Assembly: GCA_976226885.1 (NCBI GenBank)
Contig: OZ320314.1
Span: forward strand, 126,356,001 to 126,420,000
DNA length: 64,000 bases
Source: Iphione sp. A-MEVVRFRX5
Taxonomy: Eukaryota
Reading direction: 5' to 3'
A program made the translations under genes and the position numbers. Under the pieces are notes generated by a model. That model worked only from the letters and a program-made list of their open reading frames with translations. It ran no database searches and had not been told where the DNA came from. Within the stretch, counting starts at the first letter, position 1; each line of letters begins with the position of its first letter. Positions 12,069 through 24,549 of this stretch are shown piece after piece.

Positions 12069-13053
12069 TGAGGTCAGCCAGGTTTCGGTATTGTGAAATA
12101 GCTACTACTATTGTTTTATTGTGAAACCATGTGTTAGTTAAACCCTCATGGCACCTTTTGTATATAAGTAAGGTTTTATTTTCGTGAATAAAAAGATCTT
12201 GCCTCCCTTCTTTACAGAGACATCCAGCAGATTCTGTGCTTTGGAGTAAACCAGATCTCTGTGTGTGGATATCCCTTATTTCTTCTTAACCCAACAGCTA
12301 GACTGTGATCCGTCACTATCAAACCAGGCCAATGTTACATTTGTAGCCAGAGATAAAATCCAAGATTGGTATATCTGTCTGATACAATTAGTGTATTTCA
12401 AATCAAAGTAAAGAGTTTGAAATATAATCAATATTTCTTCTATGTTGTGAGAATATTCTGCTCATGCAGATTTTATACTTTAAGTATTGTCCAACTGTAC
12501 AGTTAAACTCTATGTTGTCTAGAAAACATCCAAATGTTCTCTCAGGTATTTGTGTAATGTTTCAGTACTTATCGCTCCTTAACAGTGCTAGCATTTCTGA
12601 CTATAGAGATTCTAGAAGTCGGCATTTGATAGAGGTCAGCGATTTTTTGTTTACAATATACCTATTCCTATTCTCTATAATTTCATTGTACAAAGCATTA
12701 CCCTTATCCTTTTCCTAAGTTACCGTGTATTCATTAAAACCTTGTTAATATGGTAAAAATCGTATTCAGTACAGAGATACGTTTCCAAAGAAAAGCTATA
12801 AGATGTGAATTTAACCGAGCTATCTTAATGTTCAAACTTCATCACACATGTTTATATAGCATTCTGTTAATGAGAAGAACCAATAGATAATTGTAATAAA
12901 TAGCTGGAAGTTATCTGTACTGAGTCAATTACAAATTTTCAAATAATTAATCTCAAATGGTAAGCTTTAGAATGAAATGTTATAATCAATACAGATTTTC
13001 AGGGATAAATTTGCTTTTCTGTTTCTCCTAAATAGCCAAACCTATATATTATC

Positions 13054-16000
13054 ATGGCTAAGAATCACTATATGGGTTATGGAAAACATTCTGAAGTTCA
13101 GCAGACCGTAATACAGCTGGTTTTTGACTCTGTGAAGGCGGCTTTTGGTAAGTTATCAAAGTTAGATTATGAATTTTGACAAAGAATACATCAGTTCCAT
13201 AGGGAGTAGTAATTTAAGCTTTCATCCATGTTCTACTAAACATATGTATAAAGCATTGGAATTAGTTTTAAAATTGGAAATTCGTCTTTCCTAGTTTTCT
13301 GGATGAAATTAATGCAAATACTATCTTTCCAATAGGAAATGCTACATCAAATACACAAGACAAAGTGACTGTGTGTGATTATGGGGCTGCAGATGGATTG
13401 AACTCTTTACCATTCATTAGATATTTCGAAGGTAGGATTTTAATTCGAATTCTTATTTCTTCATTACAATGTCTCACAAAATAAAATGAAACTTTATATA
13501 GCTATTATACATGAATGGACTCATATACTCCAAAGCTGCGCAGTTTTGTGCCTGCCCTTGCAAGATTATTTCTTTTACGTTACATAGACCATCCTGCCCC
13601 TACGTATCCCCTTTTGTCCCTACTGAGGCCCTCTTGCCCCTCCTGAGTCTCTCCTACCACTATCGAAGTTCTTCCATCACTACTTAGTCTCTTCTACTAC
13701 TACTGCAGCCCTCCTCCCACTACTGCAGCGCTCTTACCACTACTGAGTCCCTCATACCACTACATAGTCTCTCCTAGCACTACTGAGTCCCTCCGACCAC
13801 TACTGAGTGCCTCCTACCACTACTTAGTCTCTGCTACCACTACTGAGTCTCCCCTACCATTGCTGTGTCTCTCCTGCCACTACTGAGTCTCTCCTGCCAC
13901 TACTGAGTCTCTCCTGCCACTACTGAGTCTCTCCTGCCCCTACTGAGTCTCCCCTACCACTACTGAGTCTCCCCTACCACTGCTATGTCTCTCCTACCAC
14001 TACTGAGTCTCTCCTGCCACTACTGAGTCTCTCCTGCCACTACTGAGTCTCTACTGCCACTACTGAGTCTCTCCTGCCACTACTGAGTCTTGCCTGCCAC
14101 TACTGAGTCTCTCCTGCCACTACTGAGTCTCTCCTGCCACTACTGAGTCTCTCCTGCCACTACTGAGTCTCTCCTACCACTACTGAGTCTCTCCTGCCAC
14201 TACTGAGTCTTGCCTGCCACTACTGAGTCTCTCCTATCACTACTGAGTCTCCCCTACCACTGCTGTGTCTCTCATACCACTACTGAGTCTCTCCTGCCAC
14301 TACTGAGTCTCGCCTGCCACTAGTTAGTCTCCCCTGCCACTACTGAGTCTCCCCTACCACTACTTAGTTTCTCCTACCACTACTGAATCTCCCCTACCAC
14401 TACTTAGTCTCTCCTGCCCCTACTGAGTCTCCCCTTACCACTACTTAGTCTCTGCTGCCACTACTGAGTCTCCCCTACCACTGCTGTGTCTCTCCTGCCA
14501 CTAGTGAGTCTCGCCTGCCAGTACTGAAACCCTCTTACCACTACTGAGTCTCTCCTACCACTACTGAGTCTCCCCCACCACTACTGAGACCCTACTATCA
14601 CTACTAGTACCGTCCTCCACTACTGAGTCTCTTCTTCCACTACCGAGGCTTTCCTGCCACTACTGAGAACCTCCTTCGACTTATAGCATGCTATATAGAT
14701 TATCGAGTGATTATACACTGACCCACTGAAAACACACTTTGGACTGTGTGTGACATATAGTTTTTTTTTCCATAATGAATCTCCTCCCACATATCAGCAT
14801 GCTAAGTCAACTGAAACACTTCGAGGCGAGCCTTGACAAGAGGTTTAGTGAGAGAGGCCAGTAAGAGAGGCCAGTATGTAGAGTGTGGGGGAAGTGAATC
14901 ATACATCCAAACATTAACCCGGGGAGTTCCTCAAGGATCAATCTTTGGTCTGCATGTATTTAACATTATGGTTAACAGTATTACAAAAGTGCTCCTGCCT
15001 AGCACTGTCTCAGTGTTATATGCAGACAATCTGATGGTGCTAGTGCATCCCAGGCATCCACTGAGATTCTGGGGTATTGCAATGACAGTCTTAAATGCTC
15101 TCTCTGATTAGTGCATGAGAGAGGGTCTTGGGTTGAGCACTAGCAAATGCACCAACATGATGCTGGGGAGAGGGAAGGGGCATGACTCAAACTACAAGGG
15201 GAGAGCCTGGGAAACATCACTAATTGTAGGTTTCTGGGCTTAAACCGTGATGCAAACCATGAAGGAGAGCTTTCCAGAGGTCAGCAGGAAGATGTGGGTT
15301 ATGTCCAGGAAGCTGGGGGAGAATTAAATGTGTGATCCTAATGGGAAGGAGGCTGACCTTTTACAAATAATTAGTTTTTGCCCACTTACAGTACAACGCG
15401 GTGCTATGGTATGAAATCTCGGCATCAGATGGGGTAAACCAATCACTGCACTAGCATAGCCATACAAAAACAGGCACATTCCTGTCAGCCAGGGTGATCA
15501 ATCAAGAGTTGCGTATTACACTTGCAAGTGAGACTATTGAAAGAAGGGGAAGACAGGCCATTCATCAGCAGATGAAGCTGGGCATTTTTTCCACCATTCG
15601 AGGTCCAAAACCTAAGACCAACAAAGGGAGAACGCTAAGTGGGGAAACATAGAGGCCAAAACACAGGGCCTATGCTTCCTCCCTCAGCTACAAGGTGTGA
15701 CTTGGTGGAGCAGCCTTCCCCTGTAACTGAAAATGGCTGATTAACTACCAAGGAGACGCCTACTGTTTGGATGGTTGTAATTCTGTGCGGCAGTTTACAG
15801 TCTTCAAGTAGGCTTAACTAGGATAGGGCCTGAGGTGTGCTTATACTCGTCTTCAATGATCCATGCAGATAGCCCATACTGCAATGATGTGTCCCTACTC
15901 TATACGTCTAATCTCTGTGATGTGTGTAAAGACCTTTTTTTCTCACTGTGATAACCATCGCCTGTGCTGATAACCACCGCCTGTGCATGGTCTAAGGCCA

Positions 16001-19000
16001 CTTATTATACTGTCAGTTACCTATGTCAAGTCACTTCGTTGACTAATCACTGGGAAATATTACCCACTTCTTAATTGACACATCACCTAGAGTGTGATCA
16101 AACAGGTTCTGCAGAAGGAGTTTTCAATGATTATGACATCATAATAGAGTAGTTCAAGAAAATGAAAGAAAACATGTGGCTGACATCTCACTGATCCAGA
16201 AGTTTGAACATAATTTAGCGGTTTGATCTCAACCCAGAACAAAAGGTCTTTCAAGAACTGAGAAGCTACGTTAAATAAGATTAAGCTATTGGTTAGTTGG
16301 AACTGAAGTCTTGCGACTCAAGTCATCAATGTTCCAACTTGAAACCAAGTTAAGGTCGGGCACATGACAATCTACAGAAATCAATACTGGAATTGGAAGA
16401 ATTCCGATTTGAGATGTTAAAGCTGATGATTCTAAAAGCTGAAGGTGTTAATTGTTACTAAAAATAGTTTATTGGTTTCGTCACATGGCCACCCTTAGGA
16501 CCAAGCTATGTATATGAGGGACTTACTTTTGCAATAAATGAGTTAGTCTTTCACTGCACCTAAGATTGACAATGCTGAACAGATATTTTGAGTGGACATT
16601 CTTTTTTTTCCAAACCATCATTCATCTGTAATTGTGAGACACATTACAATAAGTTTCTCACAAATCTCTTGATGGATTCTCTTCAAATTTAGTACAATCA
16701 TACATGTTTGTGTTGGGTATATTTCTTGTAAATTTGATGAACCTAGCCTGATTCTGGCAGGCAGCAGCACTGAAAATGTAACGTGGACATAGTCAACAGA
16801 AATGTGATGTTTTTCATAATGTAATCTCTATACACAACGTCATTTTCATTAATGTGGTGCCATCTGGTGGTGCCACCTGGTGTTTTATAGAACTCGGCGA
16901 TTGGTCAATTATCCCATATACCCACAGCTGTCTCTACCAATGATGATGAACAAGTATCTCAAAAATTCCAATAGATAGACAGTACTGTGATGATATATAT
17001 TCAGTCATATCACCTCTATGCCATTATTACCATGATGTACTATAAGTGCGAGAATGATGAGTAAACTGTGAAACCTACCCTGAAATGCCTTCAGGTGATA
17101 CTTACATTGATTATATTCTTCCTTTATGATTTGTCTTCTCATCTATGATTTGTATCACTCGTTGTATTTTTTTTTCTCGCTTTTTTTTCCTCTCTCTCCT
17201 TTCTCTCTCTCTCTCGCACTCTCTCTCTCTCTCTCTCTTTTATTCAAGAGGCTCAGAGATGGGCAAGCTGTATAGTCCCATGTAAAATATTTGGTTGCAC
17301 TTATTGAACTTCACATCTTGACGGCTACTGTGTTCAGTGTTGTTTAACAATTTTGCTTTGACACCTTTGGCACAAAACTAAATCTTTGTCTCTTGTTTCA
17401 GAGATGCTTAATGGAAGAGAACTTGTTTGGATTTGTAATGATCTGCCTGGAAACAACTTCCAGCCAATATTCAGGGAATACTATAATCCGTGAGTCAACA
17501 TAAGTGTATCTGTTTATTGATGTATTGATTATAAACATAACATAGCTTTTTGAACCATGCTCCTAAAAACACATAGCATGCAACTTATCAGACACGTTAA
17601 AGTGCGTTTTCTTCTTCGAGTTGCACACAACAATGCAATTTCATAAAGGCAGATGCTGTTCCAATATTTCAACATTGTGTAGTTTGATTGTCAGAATAGG
17701 ACTTATATTAAACGCTTTATTTTATAGGGTCTCCCAAAATGGTAAAAAGAGGAATCAAGTTTACATTTTAGCCTCAGGAAAGTCTTTCTACTCCCAAGTT
17801 GCCCCAACTAATACAGTGAACTTTGGCATCTCCTTGACTGCTGTCCACTGGCTCTCGAAATGGTGGGAAATGCTTTAAGCAATACTGGAGGGAAATACTT
17901 TCCATCATAGATTTTGAATTTGCTTTTACAAATTATAGAATTATAAATCTGTAAATTGTGTGCATTATGTGTTCTCCAATAGGATCAATTACAGTTACTA
18001 TTCATTCTGTGATAAAAAGGTAAATCAAACAATACTGATTTATATTCACAATCGGGTCGGATTACCCTCTCATTGTAAACAGCTATCCTGAATAAAAGTA
18101 TATAAAGAAATTGCTTTAACAAAGCACAAGCATCCATAACATAAGAATGATTGGGTTATATTTTAAAATGATCTTTGGCTAATGCAAACTTCAGTAATAA
18201 AAACTTACATTAGGCAGTTATACACAGCATAGTTTTTCACTGCAAAATATTCAATCTAATCAGCTATGGGAACTGATGTATGGAGGATGTTATGGCAACG
18301 GAAAAAGAAGACTACATCTCTCCCAAATTGTTCTTACTGAATTATCAGAAGATTAAGTCAATGTATGCAGAGATATTATCTGTATGCTATCTTTACATCC
18401 AGTCCAGTGATTGAGCCAGGAATTGACTATCAAACCTATCATCAGCTGGTTAAAGATATAGCAGCAGATGATTGGAAAAACTTCCTGCTGTATCGTGGAT
18501 GTGAAATCAAAGAAGGTATGTGCCTTGGGATTTCAAGTTTAAATTGTGCATGTTGCAGAGCGCCTCATTTAAAGCAATCTGTTATGCATTACATATTCTT
18601 GAAAAAGTATGAAATAAAATTTTAACTTGCAGATTACTGATTTCATTTTTACATAGGTTAAAAAACTATTTAAAGTCTACACTGTAGGAATTAAAGTTAT
18701 AGTAGAGGGATAAATATTTAAAATCTTAGTTTTATCCGCGTAAACTGTCTATTTTCAAAGCCGATGTGGAAGATCGGCTCTCTATGGTCCAGTGACATAG
18801 GAAGTGCATTGAATAGTTTGGCCTCATTACAACAGATATATTTAAAATAAGGCAGTAGTTTTACAATCTAAACACAGGGATACTCATACTATCTCCGATA
18901 GTTAGAAATTTGAGCAATGCCCATGTTGTGTGCAAAGATACTTACTCTTGGTTACATCATCGTATCCTTTAGTGTTCAGTAGGTGATAATCTTAGTGAAT

Positions 19001-20154
19001 TTAGAAACTGTATAAAAGGAAACTAATTTTAATAATGTTTGTCGTTTTTTCAGGTGGAAAATTGCTAGTGTCAATATCAATTCAGACACCCCAAGATGCA
19101 CAACTCAAGTTCATGGGTCTCTATGGTCTTCAAACAGTTATCACTAAAATGTATCAGTCTTTGCTAATAACAAAGGTAATGGTATACAAATTTGTGTTGC
19201 AAACTTATTGTTATGTTTAATCAGTTGCAGTTTGTTGTAATAGTATTGCTATGAAACAACAGTTTTATGATACTTAATGATAACACATTGGTAAATGAAA
19301 ATGACCTTTCTGTCATTATTTTCAAGGGGGAGTATGCAAGGTTATGGTTTCCAAGAGTTATACATCGTTCTGAGGAAGAAATCTATGCCCCTTTTCAGGA
19401 TTCTAGCATTAAGAAAATAGGTCTTGACCTAGTGTCACTAAAAAGATACTGTATTCCTGATTTTCCTGCACGAGAATGGCAGGCTAATGGGGGTCTTCAA
19501 AGTAAGTTTTCTTAATTTCTGTATAAGCCAGCAAAAACTCTCAACTATTTTTACTGCAATTATTTACAGGCATTAATTTGAAGTAACTTCTATTGATTCA
19601 AATTATTTTTTCAAGAATTGCTGGACCAATTTTACGAAAATCATGATATGCCAGATGTTTGAGCTAGGCAGATTTATATTCACTACTATATATATTTAAT
19701 TTTTTCTGATTTTCTTAAAGTACCAGTAGAATATATGTCAAAGATTCCTAGACTGCCTACAATTCCACTAAAATTTTATCCTTGCCCTTGCTTACCTTCC
19801 CAAATATATTTCTAAAATCTGCTGATGGTGGTGCACACTTACAAGACATCTAGTTAACAGATCAAGCATTCGGTACAAATTTGCTATGAAAATTACATTG
19901 TTGACTTTTCCATTTTTTTAGATCCAGCTGCTACAAAGAAATTTGTTGACCGACAAGTATCATTTCTGAAATCTGTTGCATCCATGACATTGCTTAATCT
20001 TGATGAAAGGAGGAGTCCAGCTGAGAGGCAAAAATTCCTTGATACTCTCTTCAAGATGTTGAAGGAAGAGATAATGAGTGACCCGTCCAAGTACTCAACA
20101 AGCTGGTCATTTGTTCTTGCTGAAATTGAGAAACGTGGATCCCAAACGTTTTGA
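13054..20154 (+). CDS. SABATH/Methyltransf_7-like SAM-dependent carboxyl methyltransferase, paralog A (8 coding exons, 351 aa)
   Basis: Exons 13054-13147, 13336-13431, 17402-17489, 17728-17862, 18403-18515, 19054-19175, 19327-19501, 19922-20154. All introns are GT-AG and the exons sum to 1056 nt of open frame. Family motifs occur in order: YGKHSEVQ, VCDYGAADGLNSL, CNDLPGNNF, GKSFYSQV, AVHWLSKCP, DDWKNFLLYRGCEIKEGG, RSEEEIYAPF. Confidence 0.92.
13620..14670. repeat. 20-bp minisatellite (about 50 units, consensus CCACTACTGAGTCTCTCCTG) in intron 2 of paralog A
   Basis: Direct tandem array with degenerate edges. The unit contains TGA on + and TAG on -, so it is non-coding on both strands. Confidence 0.97.
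14833..15730 (+). mobile_element. Degenerate LINE RT 3' fragment, relative of the 9396-12068 element, in intron 2 of paralog A
   Basis: RGQYVECG...GVPQGSIFG...VLYADNL, followed by EGLGLSTSKC-like sequence; stops and frameshifts present. Confidence 0.8.
17188..17238. repeat. (TC)n microsatellite
   Basis: Imperfect ctctctct run upstream of exon 3 of paralog A. Confidence 0.85.
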
Positions 20155-21050
20155 AAAAAATGAAGGCAATCGTTTCTTTAGGAATTTTTCTTTAGGAAGT
20201 TTCATAATAAATCAAAGAACAATTATACACATTTTCACTCGTGCTTCATATTATTGGACAGCTGTAATATGAGAAGTGCGGAGGTATTTGTACATACATG
20301 AAAGTAGCAGTTCAACCCTTGATAACGGATTATCTTTGCCTCTTTTTTGGAAGAATAACATTCCACCAGTTCACCAGTCTCTGCTGAAACAAAACATGTA
20401 ATTTTCCCTAATAAAAACATTGTTATAAGTATGTACAGGCTAGGCCAACACAATAGTCGTCATTGGAATTTTTGGCAAAATGCTCTTCTTTACAATGTTG
20501 CTGGACCACTAAAATCAACAATAATATAATTGCAATTAAATCTCGTTTTAGGAGACCAAGCTTAGGACTGGCTGATTTTGGTCTCTACTTAGAGGTAGTC
20601 TCCCCTGTGAAGCACTAGTCTTTTACGATCCCAAATTATCTCTCAATGATCCCAAATGAGAATAGATGGTAAATAACATAGAATAAAAGAGAGTGCTGAT
20701 ATAAACATTTAATTTTTGGATTTATTGGATACTCATCAAAGAAGCAAGAGGACACACCTCCTCCAGGGTGTCAAGTATGGGGATGCCCTGCAACTCTTCT
20801 GGAGAGCCTCACAGGGCTTGGGCACATCTAAGTCATTGTGGGTTCATCATCGGTTGCTAAACCACATTTTTAGCTTACATAATGATCATACCACCAACAT
20901 GTGATTCATATCCCCACCCTCATGACACATCATTATCGGCTCACAAACATCAGGTTATCAATGGTTGACACATCATGCTATGTACCAAAATAGAGTCTTG
21001 TCACGTCATGCTTACTGAATGACTACTCCCTTTCTCTTGTTATCAATACC

Positions 21051-21203
21051 CCTTCAGAGTCACTTTGTCCTGCTGCCTATTTGTCCTGGTCAATTTGTCC
21101 CAGCCCATGGGTCTATTTGTCCTTCCTTTTTGGGGGGACAATTCGACCATGGGACAAATTGATCATTGGATAAATAGGTAGCGGGACAAAATGACTCTGA
21201 AGG
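21051..21203. mobile_element. Short foldback/MITE-like element (about 150 bp)
   Basis: Left arm ccttcagagtcactttgtcctgctgcctatttgtcc is an imperfect inverted match to right arm ggataaataggtagcgggacaaaatgactctgaagg; internal tttgtcc subrepeats. Confidence 0.8.
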
Positions 21204-22619
21204 AAGACAGGTAATGATATTCAATTCAAGGTCGGATCAGGCTTCATTCACATCATTGCAGTTGTAAATAACAGATCTGAACCTATCGTTAACCTCCCCT
21301 CATCCTGGTAAAAACCATTGGGTCTGTCCTGCTGATAACTGTTCCCTAATTAACAAAGCCTTGGCTACGAAGAAATTAGTCCTTAATTACCCAAAAATTC
21401 CTACTTTAATATTATTGGCTACCTTAAACTATATACTTATACTCCTTACAGTAAAACCTCATATTCCAAGACCCTACACTTTACACATGGCTTCTCCATC
21501 TCAGGTGTTGGAACCTTCAAAGAGGTACTGATTGTGCCTCCTCTAGAGTGTCACAAGCTTGGTTGGTCTTCTCTGTGAAGCAATATGAGCAGTCTGGGAC
21601 TCCATATCTTGTTCTCTCGCTTGAAATGGTTTTCCTGCAAGCTGGTCTCCGATGAGAGGCTTTTACATATAGGTTATGTACTGAACTTTGCTTCGTTCTG
21701 ACTAATTTTGTTCTCTCCCCCAGTTTGGTCTCCTTTGTGAAATGAGCTTTCATCGTTGCGCCACTGTATGTATTTCAACAGAGTAAAATATGATAATATT
21801 CAGTAGTTTTTACCAAACCGGTAGTAGGTTAATGCATACACCATCGTGCCAATTTCTGCATAGAAAAATCGTTCAATTATATTTATGAATACACACGATT
21901 TATACAGGTATTACTCCCCCTACTCTAAGAGACAGTGGGAGGCGACAGGGACCGAGCCAGCTGGCCCACCAGTACATACACTGCTGCCACCTGTGAGCTA
22001 CCTAGGCTGAGGCTGCCTAGGAACCAGTACACAACAAACATTCAAGTGAGTTGGAAGTTGAGTGAGCCACCGGCACAGGGAAGCTTTCTCTCCAGCAGCA
22101 AATGAAGAATCTTTCAATCGATTGCAATCGATTTCCGATCAAAGTGGCATGAATTGCCACTATTGCTTGAAATGACCGATACCAACAAGTGTGAAATGTC
22201 CTAAAAAAAATCAGTTCTGAAGGATTGCAACCAGGATCCCCACAAAGAGACAAAACCAATTCGAGTTCAGAATTAATGGAACAGAAAGCAGTGGATTATC
22301 TAAATCAATTCCAAGTTGCAGTAGAGCAGCAGCAACTTTGGTTGCTACTTTACAAAATACTCAACTAGAAGCCCAGCTGGCAGCACTCAAACTTCAATAT
22401 GAGGAGATCTGCAGGGGTAACTAGGAATGAGTACCAGGCACCAAACAGACATCCATACGGAGTCAACGGGCCTAGATGGGCAGTCAGGCAGCAGCCACCA
22501 CACAGACGATAGTGAGGGCGACCAGCACACAACCATGACCATGTTTGGCAACTACCACCAACAGATACAGAGCTATGACTGTGGCTATCCACCGACAACA
22601 CTATATTCATATCGCAACT

Positions 22620-23520
22620 AGACCATGTTACTGCAAATTTGAATCATAAATGAGATATTGTAATCACAGGTGACATTAATATAGACTTGCAAGGCAAAGA
22701 CAAGAATAAAACAAATTATAATCCTTCTAGAGAACTATGGAATAGCCGACCATATCACTGTTCCTACTAGAAAGAGCCAAAAATCATGTACTATGATTGA
22801 TATGATTGGGTCAAACATCGAACAGATAGTTCAAACTGGAGCTGTTGACTGTGGGCTGTCTGACCATCATGCAACTTTCATAATTAAAAAGCACTTAAAA
22901 AGAGAACCCATAGTGCTCCAAGAGAAATCACTATAAGAACAGAGCCAGGTGTTGATGAAGCAGACATTAGGGAATGCATGAATTCTCTAAATTGATATGA
23001 TCTCTATCATTCAGATAATGTTGACAACTGTTGGAACATCTATTACTCAAATTTGGTATATATATCTGACAAATACTTTCCTGAAAAGACTATTCACATT
23101 ACTGTGAGAAGCCCCCCATGGATGAATAATGCCTTGTTAAAAATGATCAGACTTAAGAACTATTATCGTACTAAACATAGAGATAGGAATGATGAAGATA
23201 CTTCAAATATATTCAAATATTTGAAGCAATCGGTAAATATACTATCAGAACAGCCTAGGCCTTTCACTACAGAAACTGCCTGAAAATCACTAGGAAACAG
23301 CCAAGATTATTCTGGAGTACAATTAACAGCTTACTAGGTAGAAACACCGATATGAGGTCACAGATAAGCATTGAACATAATAATGTATCATTTAAGGGCA
23401 ATGCAGTATCAGATCTATTCAACACACACTTTGTGGAAATTGCAACGAAAAAACTTCAAGAAGCAAACATAGACACGGGTAAGAATGACCTGTCTTCTAA
23501 AATGTCTGATAATGTACCTA
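22620..23520 (+). mobile_element. Degenerate LINE ORF2 N-terminal part (APE endonuclease and linker)
   Basis: DIVITGDINIDL, HITVPTR...TMIDMI, GLSDHH and SPPWMNNALLKMIRLKN. Sequence upstream (about 21950-22620) may be an ORF1 remnant. Confidence 0.8.
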
Positions 23521-23587
23521 TGTTACGATAGGTGAATGTACTATTGCTGACCTGATAACTGATAACTTTGTCCACCACAATTCTCAC

Positions 23588-24549
23588 AAGTGGTTCTTGT
23601 ACCAGTTTCTGTGTGATAAGGCACAATCAATGCAAATCCTAGTCAGCCTTAGATATGATGAGGGAGTGAATGAAATATACAATGAAAGTATTAATAGAAT
23701 AAACTGGAGGAGATTGTGATTACACATAAGACAGCCTAGCCTCATCAACGTAAAATCACACTGAGTTGTAGGCACTTTTTTTTAAATATTAGGTAAATGT
23801 TTCTGTATAACATGTTTTAGTACTCCATAACTTGAATCCTTTTCTATAAGTTAGGATTCATTAAGTAAGCATTTGGGTCACCACCATGTATACAGTCAGC
23901 CATCTGCAGGACTATTACCTATTGATCAAGTACCTAGAATTGATTAACCTATTTGGGATGTTGTTGAAATGTGACTCTACCCAGATCTATACATGTGGCC
24001 AAAGTGCAGTGTTATCTGCATTTGTTTCATGGTTTGCTAACCTGATGTCTGCTCACATTTGGACTACATTATGAGAACAAGACAGTGCTAGGTGAGCTTG
24101 TCTGCCTTTACGTTGAGACTTGGCAAAAGCACTTAGGTGGAGGATATGTTGGAAAGAGGAATTTTTACTTGAGGGAAAGATTATATGAAAAATAAGAATG
24201 TGCTGTCTCAATGTGCTACTAGGGTCCCAAGAATTCTGGAATTCTTATGGTTTTGTCACATTAGAAGTTGGCTCTCTCTATATGTATATATATATATATA
24301 TCTTTGAATGAATTTGGTACTTTAGAATTAACAAGTTTTATGACCTCTGTGATGTGGGCTTTAACTAGTTTTACCTTGTATGCAGCGTACTTGGGATATG
24401 TACAAATCCCCAATCTTGCACCACTTATCTAAATCCGTGCTTAACTGTATAGATTTCAAACGATTAACAGGTAATCTCCCCATTTCTATACATTTCCCCA
24501 TTTAACCTTAAAATTTACAAATTTAGGCAGGCCTGACTTAACAGATGTT
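23588..24549 (+). promoter_or_regulatory. Conserved upstream non-coding block of paralog B (homologous to 38541-39385)
   Basis: Collinear matches to the paralog C upstream region, e.g. aagtggttct...ctgtgtgataag.cacaat.aatgcaaa, tgcag..tact.gggatat.taca and ttccccattt.acc.taaaa.ttacaa. Donor-like AG/GTAAAT at 23793. Confidence 0.65.

Larger units (their letters stand above)
7818..12090 (-). mobile_element. Young 5'-truncated CR1/L2-group LINE with long 3' UTR and (TTCA)n tail
   Basis: The minus strand begins at TETWL of the APE domain (about 12090) and runs through ORF 12068-9396. AATAAA plus a (TTCA)n tail lies at about 7820-7855. Linking the 1.5-kb UTR to the ORF is inferred; no TSD seen. 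Confidence 0.85.

Noticed and set aside
13620-14670. Minisatellite as a coding repeat or CRISPR
   Set aside because: There are no spacers, and the 20-bp unit brings a stop codon into every frame on both strands within 60 bp.
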